Positions 26,333-35,629 of a stretch of DNA of 64,000 nt are shown here, one piece after another. Each line of letters begins with the position of its first letter. The stretch's first letter is position 1. Made by a program: the position numbers and the translations under genes. Source of the stretch: a virus; the IMG/VR virus record IMGVR_UViG_3300031414_000012, positions 1 through 64,000 of that record. One strand, given 5' to 3'. The notes beneath the pieces were generated by a model. The model saw only the letters and a program-made list of their open reading frames with translations. It made no database searches and was not told the DNA's origin.

Positions 26333-27112
26333 TTACCAGCGAGACGAACCACCGACTGGGAACACCAACTCGCCGCGATTTGGTTTGCGCGCACCGATAT
26401 CCAGGACGATACTCTTAGCTACGTTGTTCGCAGACTCATTACCCATGCGGGCATTCTGACGGCGTTCAACCAGCTCATCAAGCATGTCACGAGAGATGAC
26501 GATCTCTGGTCCTTTATGAGATTCCAGACCAGGCGCATTCCATTTCTTAGCCAGGTAGATGCCAGGCTCGTTAACGTGGTCATACGTAATGATTGCGCGC
26601 ACTTCTTTTTCAAGACGACCGTTGCGGTAGTTGTCATCCGTCAAACTACGGATAGACTGACACGCATTAGCACGCGGTGTTTCAAGAGCGTCCAGCAAGG
26701 CACCCTTCTTATCACCGAACGGCTTAACTTTACCCAGGATGGCAATGATCGGTTGCCCATCGCGACCACGGAACAGACCATCGTCGGCCCACAGGTCGGC
26801 GATGTGTTGGCAGACATTAGGCTCGTAGATGTCCATGATGCGACTCATGAACTGGCGATCAGTTTGACCGGGCTGCATCCGTGGATGTCCCAGCTCCCCA
26901 CGTAGGGCACCGTCTAATACACGACGCTGGAATGCGCTCGTCTTAGCAAACAGTGCCTGTACGTTACGCGACCACGGATACCATGCCTCACCGGAGTTGT
27001 GAACGTTAAAGCCACCCATAACCATGGTATAAAAACCATCGGCATCGGGCCTCATCACACCGGTCTTGTTGGTACCTTGCAGTGCGGTACAACCATAACG
27101 AAAGAGTTCCAT
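26333..27112 (-). CDS. Prohead maturation protease (phiKZ gp175-like)
   Basis: GELGHP (His), QSIRS (Ser) and TYDHVNEPG motifs; G-x-E sites near the C-terminus (GLE, GNE) fit self-cleavage; synteny. Confidence 0.9.
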   Translation of the reverse strand: MELFRYGCTALQGTNKTGVMRPDADGFYTMVMGGFNVHNSGEAWYPWSRNVQALFAKTSAFQRRVLDGALRGELGHPRMQPGQTDRQFMSRIMDIYEPNVCQHIADLWADDGLFRGRDGQPIIAILGKVKPFGDKKGALLDALETPRANACQSIRSLTDDNYRNGRLEKEVRAIITYDHVNEPGIYLAKKWNAPGLESHKGPEIVISRDMLDELVERRQNARMGNESANNVAKSIVLDIGARKPNRGELVFPVGGSSRW

Positions 27113-27113
27113 G

Positions 27114-27836
27114 CTACAACCTCAGAAGTTTCTCGAATCCTTCCAAACGGACAGCGGGGTTAACCAGCGCCGAGGCGAGTGCGTCACGGAAGTAACTACC
27201 CATCAATTTGGTCGTGGTATTGGTCGCTTGCGCCTGGATATTACGGAAAGCTACAAACGCGGGGTTTGTCTTTTCCAGTTCTTGTTTGCTACGCACACTT
27301 TGACGAAGGTAGCGGTTTCGTTGGTTGGGGTCACGCGCCATAACTGCGGCCAGCATCTCAAAGATAGCATGGTTCGTATGCAGGTTCAGGTTTGCGTAAT
27401 CCTTGGACGTATCAAAGATGCGACCAATGTCAACGTAATTCATGTACCATGGGATTCGACCCTTAGCAATGAATTCGTTATAGATCTGGTATGGGAGTTT
27501 GTTGTCACACACCATCGCAGTATTTGGGATGACTACCGCGCCGGGTTCAAAAGTGAACTCCAGATATTTCGTGTCCCCATAAGTGCTCTCACCCACCGTA
27601 GTGGGAGACAGGCGTAGCATGGAGTCTACAATAGAAACTCCATAGTACTTCCCGTCAACCACCACAGCAAAGATAGCGAGTGTAAAAGCAGAACCCACAA
27701 AGTTAGCCAACTGTTTTTCAACGTAGCGCTTAGGGATAATGATTTTACACCCGTCCTTAGTGATATACTGGTTTCCCTGTTTCACTAAGTTGCCATGCAC
27801 TTTGGAGGCGTCACGAACAAGACCTGTATAATCCAT
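27114..27836 (-). CDS. Probable fifth subunit of the virion RNAP (phiKZ gp176-like)
   Basis: 240 aa between protease and RNAP genes; assignment by synteny and size. Confidence 0.65.
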   Translation of the reverse strand: MDYTGLVRDASKVHGNLVKQGNQYITKDGCKIIIPKRYVEKQLANFVGSAFTLAIFAVVVDGKYYGVSIVDSMLRLSPTTVGESTYGDTKYLEFTFEPGAVVIPNTAMVCDNKLPYQIYNEFIAKGRIPWYMNYVDIGRIFDTSKDYANLNLHTNHAIFEMLAAVMARDPNQRNRYLRQSVRSKQELEKTNPAFVAFRNIQAQATNTTTKLMGSYFRDALASALVNPAVRLEGFEKLLRL

Positions 27837-27852
27837 AACGCCTTCCTTTTAA

Positions 27853-29313
27853 TTAACGACGCAGCATCTGGTCAGCAACCCACTGGCAGATATACGCTTT
27901 GGCACCGTGGTACGCAGCTACACGCGGGTTACATCCTGGGTTCTCCAGCATGTACTTATCGGTAGCAACCAGCAGATCCAGTGTCTGGTAGCGAGCGTAC
28001 AGGACGCCGGCGATCAGGAAACGGATATGCTCGTACAGAGTGTCGGCAGTGAACTCGACATTCTCAGCGTAGTCTTTCAGGCCGCCCCAGATCTGCTCAG
28101 GAGAAGTACCCAGCTCAGACAGGTCCAGACTGTTAACCAGCTTACCCAGTTCGGTATAAGCAACGTTACGCGCGGTGTTGGACAGACGAGAAAGCGCACC
28201 CTGACGGAATGATTCCACCTGACGCGCCCATGCGGCATTCAGCTCTTCGGAGTGTGCCAGCACGTCATCCATTTCACGCCCGCCGGTGTAGCCAGGCAGG
28301 GTGGTGGCGAACAGAAGCTCTGGGAAACCATCGCGCTCCAGGAACGTGTTATACACGCGGTCCAGGATAGGGAACTCGTTAGGGGCAACAGGCACGCCCT
28401 GACGAAGTGTGGTTGGCAGATCGAGACGACCACTTGCGATGTGCTGTGCGATATCGTTCAGCAGCAGATGGTACATTGCACCCAAACCAGCCTGCGCAGT
28501 AGCCACGGTTTCATTCCAGAAGTCAATAGAGACTGGAGTGTTAGCCGGTGGGTTATCATGCAGGTTGTTCAGGATAATGCATGCAATCGCCAGAGGCGGC
28601 AGCGCGAACACATTGCGACGGATATATGGCGTTGCGCCACTGAAGTCAACCAGACGCATGTAGCCATTGCTAACTTCTTCACCGTGTGCCAACGAACCGC
28701 GAATCAGGTCATTTACCAGTTCGTCGATATAACCATCAGGATAACCTGAAAGGAAATCGATAATCTGGGCATTGGTTTCAGCGCTACCGGTTTCCAGCAA
28801 TACTTTCAGTTGCTCGCCGGTCAGAGTCGGCAGATCAGGAATAAAGGACAGTGTAGGTACCGCATCTTTATACTGACTGAAAAGTTCGCTCACCGTAACT
28901 GACGCAGCCAGCGGGTGAATCTTAAACTCACGAACGTCGTTGCTCGGGGTCAGGGCACGGTCAACCGACTTAACAACTGAGTCAACGGTTGCAGCGATTG
29001 CTGGAACAACCACGTTGCGCGCTTTGTCGATGGTTTTCTCCATCTGGGCAGCGCCCTGGGAAACCAGACCGTCAATGATCAGTTCATGGCTCGGGGAAAC
29101 CATGCTCGTTTCTTCAACTGCATCAAGAATGGCAGCAGTGCCATCCGCAGTCGCATCAGAGACGATCTCAACGAGTTCATCGGTTACAATTGGCGCACTC
29201 GCTACCGACAGATCGTCCAGCGGGGTATCGTCAATTGCTTCCAGACCAACACCACGACGAATCAGGTTGGCGATAACCGGACGTGCGGCAGTCGTTACAT
29301 TCTTACGCAACAT
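27853..29313 (-). CDS. Virion/head protein (phiKZ gp177-like; start MLRKNV)
   Basis: AGGAGG RBS before ATG at 29313; ~486 aa; synteny. Confidence 0.65.
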   Translation of the reverse strand: MLRKNVTTAARPVIANLIRRGVGLEAIDDTPLDDLSVASAPIVTDELVEIVSDATADGTAAILDAVEETSMVSPSHELIIDGLVSQGAAQMEKTIDKARNVVVPAIAATVDSVVKSVDRALTPSNDVREFKIHPLAASVTVSELFSQYKDAVPTLSFIPDLPTLTGEQLKVLLETGSAETNAQIIDFLSGYPDGYIDELVNDLIRGSLAHGEEVSNGYMRLVDFSGATPYIRRNVFALPPLAIACIILNNLHDNPPANTPVSIDFWNETVATAQAGLGAMYHLLLNDIAQHIASGRLDLPTTLRQGVPVAPNEFPILDRVYNTFLERDGFPELLFATTLPGYTGGREMDDVLAHSEELNAAWARQVESFRQGALSRLSNTARNVAYTELGKLVNSLDLSELGTSPEQIWGGLKDYAENVEFTADTLYEHIRFLIAGVLYARYQTLDLLVATDKYMLENPGCNPRVAAYHGAKAYICQWVADQMLRR

Positions 29314-29524
29314 TTCCAGCCTCCTGTGCTGCAACATTGGCCATAGCGTTCACACCGCGATTGAGGCAGGCATTCAGCTGGATAGCAACATCGGCTTCGA
29401 TGTCACGCGGACCGTCTTGAGAACTTGAAATGTCGTTCCCATCGATACGGCGAAGGATACCACTGGCAACCTCTACCGCATTTGACAACACAGTTGCTGT
29501 CTCAACTTGCTTATTAAGATCCAT
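29303..29524 (-). CDS. Small hypothetical protein
   Basis: 73 aa, GGAG RBS. Confidence 0.7.
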   Translation of the reverse strand: MDLNKQVETATVLSNAVEVASGILRRIDGNDISSSQDGPRDIEADVAIQLNACLNRGVNAMANVAAQEAGNVA

Positions 29525-29541
29525 GTCTGGACTCCAATTAA

Positions 29542-29559
29542 AGGGGACCGAAGTCCCCT
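29542..29559 (-). terminator. UUCG hairpin after the RNAP beta gene
   Basis: AGGGGAC-TTCG-GTCCCCT with only a short T run. Confidence 0.6.
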
Positions 29560-29563
29560 ACAA

Positions 29564-32500
29564 TTAATTACGATAAGCCTCGATAACCATCTCGCGAAGT
29601 TTCAAAGCCAGTGTGAAGGTGGTACCCATAGATTCAGCACTACCCACGATACGGTCAGAGATACTCTGGTAGCCAAAGATACTATCCAGCTCTTCCCCGG
29701 CCTCAGTTTCGTTCACGCCAGTCATTACACGACCAAACGTGGTTTTCAGCTGATGACTGAAGACACCCTTATCGCCTACCCCTGCGTCATATGCTGCGGT
29801 GATCGAAATAACCACTGCTGCTTGACGAGGTTGCAGACGTTTACCATCAATCGTAGATTTGTCGTCAACTCGGCCATTTTCAGGACCATCACCACCTAAG
29901 CGGCGTTTACGACGTGCCATCGCTTTATCGGACACACGAATCAGTTTAGAGATTGACTCGTTGAATTCATCCGGGTCGCCATTGTAGAAGACCTCGATTT
30001 TATCTACTACACCTGCCACACCTGCTTTTGGATTCCCTGCTGCCAATGACTGCAATGAGTCATAGCTGTCGTCATCGAAAAGACCGGCGTTGGCCGTAAT
30101 AGGGTTCTCTACGCTACATAAAATAGATTCAAGGTCGACGTTGCTGCCTACCTCTACCAGATTATGCACAACCTCGCCTTCGTCCACCAGAACAGAACGT
30201 GGGTAGGTTACTTGCGTGGTTAACAGTTTAGACACGCGCTGACTGATAGCAGAACTATCCTCCAGTGTGTCCGTACCGTCGACTAGCGCAACGCGCACGA
30301 CGATTGCACCTTTATAAATCAGCTGTCCTGGCTGTAAGGGGTCAGGTGCAAAGAACGCCTTGTTATAGGCCACAGCATCACCGTTCTTAATACGATCACC
30401 AACTTTAAGGTTAGTAACTAACGTATGCGGAACAGTCATACCAGCGATGATACCATGCTCGAGACCAATGGCCACGTACTTACGCCCGATCGCAGGATCG
30501 TCGTAGTCGATTACCACTGCGTCATCATTCACCTCAGCCACCACACCATCACCGATAGACATGACGGAGAACTTAGAGCCGGCACGGTGTGCAATGATTG
30601 ATTCCATACCTGTACCAACAGGCATAGTTTCGTAACCATCGGCAGCAATACCAGATGAGTTCTGAATGGAGATGAAGTTAACACGTTTTGGATCGTCACG
30701 GTCAGCACCCGGCGCTAACAGCGCAGAAGTAGATAACAGTGATGCACCACCATCGCTTTCTTTATAACGCTCGGTTGTTCCACGAAGAGAGGTGAACTTC
30801 GGGTTAGCCGTTGTACTGGTGTTAATCGCCACGGAGCCAGAGTCGACCGTTGCCTCAGAAATGGTACCCAAATCGTTCTTGTGGTAAGCACGAGTAGAGC
30901 GAACCATACTGACCGCACTGCGCCCACCGTCACCACCGGTTGTTACCGCTTCCTGTTCTTTCAGGTTGTGGATAGGTGTGGAGTCCTCGACAATCTGACC
31001 GGAGCCGTCGCTTTGGATACGACGAAGTATTGCATCGGGACGCAGCTCCAATGGACCACGGCGACCAGACTGACGATTACGTTGACTACGGATAGCCTTC
31101 GTAATTTCACGGTAGATTGCACCTGCCACACGCTCGTAACCGGCTAGACGCATGTAGTTCATGTCCGTTTCATCCGGACAGTCATCAGTTAACAGCAACT
31201 GACAAGCACGCACCAGTAACGGACCAAACTCCGTGGGTTCGTCCATCTCCTTCAGAAGACCGCGTGAGATGTGGTCGAGGAACATCAGGAACTGGTTATC
31301 GATTTCACGCATATAGCGCGCCGACATACCAGATGAGTCCATCACGTTCAGTATTGCCTCAGGGCTATTGAAGTCCTGATAGTCGTAGTTAGCGACCGCA
31401 TCTGCAAACGTGTTGAAGCCAGCCATGATAATGGACGCCAGGCGATTGTTGCGCTTCAGCACCATCACTTGATCACGGAAACGAATGGAGTACTCATCCA
31501 GTCCCACCTTAACGCGATCTTTCGCATCGTGGATAACTGTTTCAGCTTCCAGTCGAGACAGTAGCTCGTCAATACCATAGTGGTAGCAGAGGACCAGCGC
31601 CATTGGGATACGCTTACCAAACAGTGCAAACTCTGCAACGTCCAGCGGTGCGTTAATGGCTTTGAGTTCCAATACTTCTTCGATGGTCCCAATTGGTTCT
31701 TCAGTATCCGCGCGGTACAACATACCCTGGCGATCCACAGTAAACGGTACACGTTTATTGTCTGCGGTGATAAAGCCAAGTGGGTACGACTCTTTCGGAT
31801 TAGCGAACAGCGCCGGGTCGAAACCTTCACGATTACGATAATCGAGTTTGAACTCGAAGTCACCATAAGTAAAGGAAACGTAAGTGCTGGCAAGTGTGGT
31901 AAACACACGCGGTGCCCGATCAGTATTAGTCACACCCGTACCATAATGGATATTGGTGTACTTACTGTCAGTACGCTTCATGCCAAGCTCTACTTCACGC
32001 AATAGCCACTTGCCGTAATCGTCTTTGACTTTATCTGAACGCCAGATGAACGACTTACCGTAATAACTCGTTAAGGCCACCTTGTTTGGGGCGACTTTAC
32101 GAATTGGCATATCGACACGCTGTTTCTTCAGATAGTACCGAACACCATTGAGCTTGAAGTAACCATCCGGTTCGATAACAGGAACAGGAATCTTCAGCAG
32201 TGTACGCTCACCATCAACAGGCGTGTATGCCACGGTAACGGTATCCAGCTTATCCATGTACGTTTCTTTACGTTCTTTGGAAAAAGCCGTCAGAGCGAAT
32301 CCTGCGCGCTGTGGTGCCATAAGCATGTTGGCAATGTCGGAGTCAAGCACTTTGGTGATGTAATTGCGGTCAAACACGGTCAATGTAGACTTTAACATTG
32401 ACTTATCCAGAACCGATTTGATTTCTGGAAGTTTAAACGATTTCACATCCTTAAGCGTAGTCTCTTCAATTACGCATGTTTCAGCGACAGTACGATTGTC

Positions 32501-33850
32501 GTCAAACTTGAGTTCGCGATATTTACCAGCTGCTTTCTCAAACCGTGAGAATTCAGCATTGGTTAGTCGACCTTCGGCATGATACTGCGCAGCGATCTTC
32601 AGAACACCAAGGTCATATTGACCTAGCTCGTCGCCGTGCTTCTCAGTTAGGTCCGACACAACCGGTTGGATAATCTCATTGATATCCATCGGTGGGCGAT
32701 CGAGGTCCCAGAACGTACTAACGATACTGTCCCCTGTTTCCAGGTTCTTGAGTCGTATGGTGTTGTCCTTAGGAACATTCGTCTCAACAATATCAACTTC
32801 AACATCATCAAGGTCAAAATTGAAGTCAGGTATTTCCGGGATGTCGGGAATAGACAAACCCAGCCCCGCTACTGAATCGCTGTTAGCCTGCACGGTACGG
32901 TTAGCTGCTTGCACCACCGCAGTAGTTTCAACTGCATCTGGCAACTCAGCGTGATGTTCTTTGATAGCAACATCTGTGCCGGCTGTAGACTGTGCGGTAA
33001 GCAAACGGTTGATCAACATCAGGAATTGCTTCTGCATCGCCTGAGGATCTTTACCTTTGTCTATCTCGCGCTCAGTACCAACACCTTCGCCTTTAATCCA
33101 TTGGTTCAGCACACCAAGATTAAGAACAGTCCAATAACCACCTACGGTGAAGACGATGTTGGTCTTGCTCATTGCCTGCTCATCAAGCGCCGTTAACAGA
33201 CTCCGCTCGCGATTAGGTCCAACCCAGACAAACAGATCGAGGATGTCGAGATATTCATCAGCACCAAACTTAGCCATCGTTGCGCGGGTGTGTTTCTCAG
33301 CAGCCAGACGGAAGTCAGCAAGAGTAGGGATCACATTCGGAATTGGCATCACGACAAATTGGTTCTGCTGTGGCGCTGACTTAGCCAGCTCACTAACTTT
33401 ACCCCAAAGTGTAGTGCGTGAGTTGTACCAGCGGTAGTAAGGCCGCATAAACGTGTCACGGTAATCCCAAAGATGCTGAAGGATGGCATAGTTGTAGATA
33501 ACCAAAGCAGTGCGCTGTGTAGCGATCTGCTCGAGATTACCCATACGCCGGAAATCCTTTTCCTTCTTACGGAAGTCCTGGACGAAGGTCGTCACACTGC
33601 GCTTAGCCCAAATAGGCGTACCTTCATTGGTAGCCTGCTCAGTAACGTGATCGACGTAGCGTAAACCACCTACAGATTGGAACCAGATTTCGTTGCTCTT
33701 AGGACCAATCTCTACCGACGTCTGTGGCAGGTAATGAAACAGTGGATGGTACGGCAACGAGAAGTCCGCCAGTGCGGACATCGGCGGATCAGCGAGGAAC
33801 TCGTATTTACGAATACCGTGCCGATAGAAATACTGGTCATATTCAATCAT
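29564..33850 (-). CDS. rpoB: Virion RNA polymerase beta-like subunit, large N-terminal part (phiKZ gp178-like)
   Basis: 1428 aa; beta-like motifs GYFKLNGVRY, DLGTISEATVDSG.V, DRDDPKRVNF, LEDSSAIS, GVGDKGVFSHQLK. Confidence 0.9.
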   Translation of the reverse strand: MIEYDQYFYRHGIRKYEFLADPPMSALADFSLPYHPLFHYLPQTSVEIGPKSNEIWFQSVGGLRYVDHVTEQATNEGTPIWAKRSVTTFVQDFRKKEKDFRRMGNLEQIATQRTALVIYNYAILQHLWDYRDTFMRPYYRWYNSRTTLWGKVSELAKSAPQQNQFVVMPIPNVIPTLADFRLAAEKHTRATMAKFGADEYLDILDLFVWVGPNRERSLLTALDEQAMSKTNIVFTVGGYWTVLNLGVLNQWIKGEGVGTEREIDKGKDPQAMQKQFLMLINRLLTAQSTAGTDVAIKEHHAELPDAVETTAVVQAANRTVQANSDSVAGLGLSIPDIPEIPDFNFDLDDVEVDIVETNVPKDNTIRLKNLETGDSIVSTFWDLDRPPMDINEIIQPVVSDLTEKHGDELGQYDLGVLKIAAQYHAEGRLTNAEFSRFEKAAGKYRELKFDDNRTVAETCVIEETTLKDVKSFKLPEIKSVLDKSMLKSTLTVFDRNYITKVLDSDIANMLMAPQRAGFALTAFSKERKETYMDKLDTVTVAYTPVDGERTLLKIPVPVIEPDGYFKLNGVRYYLKKQRVDMPIRKVAPNKVALTSYYGKSFIWRSDKVKDDYGKWLLREVELGMKRTDSKYTNIHYGTGVTNTDRAPRVFTTLASTYVSFTYGDFEFKLDYRNREGFDPALFANPKESYPLGFITADNKRVPFTVDRQGMLYRADTEEPIGTIEEVLELKAINAPLDVAEFALFGKRIPMALVLCYHYGIDELLSRLEAETVIHDAKDRVKVGLDEYSIRFRDQVMVLKRNNRLASIIMAGFNTFADAVANYDYQDFNSPEAILNVMDSSGMSARYMREIDNQFLMFLDHISRGLLKEMDEPTEFGPLLVRACQLLLTDDCPDETDMNYMRLAGYERVAGAIYREITKAIRSQRNRQSGRRGPLELRPDAILRRIQSDGSGQIVEDSTPIHNLKEQEAVTTGGDGGRSAVSMVRSTRAYHKNDLGTISEATVDSGSVAINTSTTANPKFTSLRGTTERYKESDGGASLLSTSALLAPGADRDDPKRVNFISIQNSSGIAADGYETMPVGTGMESIIAHRAGSKFSVMSIGDGVVAEVNDDAVVIDYDDPAIGRKYVAIGLEHGIIAGMTVPHTLVTNLKVGDRIKNGDAVAYNKAFFAPDPLQPGQLIYKGAIVVRVALVDGTDTLEDSSAISQRVSKLLTTQVTYPRSVLVDEGEVVHNLVEVGSNVDLESILCSVENPITANAGLFDDDSYDSLQSLAAGNPKAGVAGVVDKIEVFYNGDPDEFNESISKLIRVSDKAMARRKRRLGGDGPENGRVDDKSTIDGKRLQPRQAAVVISITAAYDAGVGDKGVFSHQLKTTFGRVMTGVNETEAGEELDSIFGYQSISDRIVGSAESMGTTFTLALKLREMVIEAYRN

Positions 33851-35550
33851 TATTGGAATCCTGTCATATTACTAAGGACCAGGTTTACAGTATGCACATC
33901 CGGACTAACGGCAAACTCACCGTTGGGGTCAAGGTACGCATTGGTCGTATGGAAGTACGCCTCATTCTCCTTGAGACTCAAGTCACCATAGAGAATGTTA
34001 GCACTCGCAGTATCACCATCGAAGTCTGCACCCAGACCACCCAAGGCGGTAGTGTGCGGAATCAATGAATCTACGAACGGCGCATTCGCATCCAGATCTG
34101 GAAACTCTAACGCACCCAGATTCGTTTTGTCGATTTCCCACCCAAAGTCACGTTCCCATTTCTGGCTTGCAACAATAGTGGTACGACAGTAAACGAAGGT
34201 GGTGTAAGTCGAACCTAATCCAGCGACCGGATAACGGGTGATCATTGTCACCAGTTTATTCCAGGCGTTATACCCAGAAAGATAAAGCAGCTGTGCATAG
34301 GTCAACGGATGTACGTTAGCCCGATCCAGGTTGGACGGCAGCTCGTCGATATCACCGAAGATTTTAAAACTGTCGTCGTCAACATATATCAAGCCAATAT
34401 AGTAACCTTCTACCATAATGGGTTGTTGGCGAATGGCCGTCTTAGAGAACTTCGTGATAACCTTATCCAAACCTTCGTCGGTGGTCCAGCGGTCAGTAGA
34501 CTCAATCGCAATTGGGACTAACTTACGTTTAAGTGTTTTAGGGTCAACCAGATAAGCACCTGGCGTACCTTCAACAAAGACCTGTGACAACCAACCGTTA
34601 CGAATGTGATATTTGGCTACCGGCAACGCGCCTTTTAACACCTGATACAAACCGATCTGGGTGTAAAGTGGGGAAGGCGTACGCGGTGAGTCCAAATCTG
34701 GCGTTGATGTATTCATCGCGGTGATTACGTTACGTGTCCCGTTGAAGACAGCACGACCACCCCAACTACGCTGGAAGATACCACGCTTACCTTTACACAT
34801 TCCTTCATAATGCAAGTAGATCTCATTCACGATGCCCTGTAATGAGTTACGGGACGTGTCCAGAATGCGTGGGTTAGACACCATGGTATTTGGGACGATT
34901 GTGTTCGAGACAGCAATAGCGCGATAGTACAAGTCATTGACTTCATCTTTCGTTACTCGCTTGTTTTTATCAATCTCAACGTCACGGATACCGGCCGGAG
35001 AAACCGGAAGTTTTGTCACGACATCGCCACGACCACGGAATTTCTCGATAGCCTCGATATAAGTATTACGGTTATCGGACTTACCACGAGGGATAACCAA
35101 CTCAGGCCAATGGGACATAAAGAAAGAATAGCCGGTCTCACCGTCTAACTCAGTGGCGCGATCAAAGTTCTTGGTTTCTTCGTTCCAGGTTGCGTATGCC
35201 TTACCAGACATAATCTCGACGTAGAGACTACGAATGGTGTTTAATGCAATCCACAGATAAGGATGGATAATCTCGGTACGCAGGTCGATATAAGAGAAGG
35301 TACGTGAACGCTCCTCAGAACCCGCTCGCCCAAAAATACTAACTGAGAATAACCCGTCCTCATGGAAGTTGCTAGTTGCACCATCGAAGGTATCCAACGA
35401 GGTCACTGGTTTCATGAACGTTAGGTTCTTCGCATTCATGTCTAACAGCTTAACGTTGAACGGCGAGTTCCCAACGACTAAGGGAAATTCGGGTAGAAAC
35501 TCGGACTGCTGATTGTCCGGAGAACCCGTCGTTTGATTTGATGTATTCAT
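33850..35550 (-). CDS. rpoC: Virion RNA polymerase beta-prime-like subunit with catalytic motif (phiKZ gp180-like)
   Basis: DGLFSVSIFG, KGKRG, RNVIT, TRYP and catalytic ADFDGD. Confidence 0.92.
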   Translation of the reverse strand: MNTSNQTTGSPDNQQSEFLPEFPLVVGNSPFNVKLLDMNAKNLTFMKPVTSLDTFDGATSNFHEDGLFSVSIFGRAGSEERSRTFSYIDLRTEIIHPYLWIALNTIRSLYVEIMSGKAYATWNEETKNFDRATELDGETGYSFFMSHWPELVIPRGKSDNRNTYIEAIEKFRGRGDVVTKLPVSPAGIRDVEIDKNKRVTKDEVNDLYYRAIAVSNTIVPNTMVSNPRILDTSRNSLQGIVNEIYLHYEGMCKGKRGIFQRSWGGRAVFNGTRNVITAMNTSTPDLDSPRTPSPLYTQIGLYQVLKGALPVAKYHIRNGWLSQVFVEGTPGAYLVDPKTLKRKLVPIAIESTDRWTTDEGLDKVITKFSKTAIRQQPIMVEGYYIGLIYVDDDSFKIFGDIDELPSNLDRANVHPLTYAQLLYLSGYNAWNKLVTMITRYPVAGLGSTYTTFVYCRTTIVASQKWERDFGWEIDKTNLGALEFPDLDANAPFVDSLIPHTTALGGLGADFDGDTASANILYGDLSLKENEAYFHTTNAYLDPNGEFAVSPDVHTVNLVLSNMTGFQ

Positions 35551-35629
35551 TTATTCACCCTAACCTCGGTGGGTAGAAGCCCGATCATATGTTACCGTTA
35601 ACAGTTCTGTACCACAGAAGGAAGTTGCT

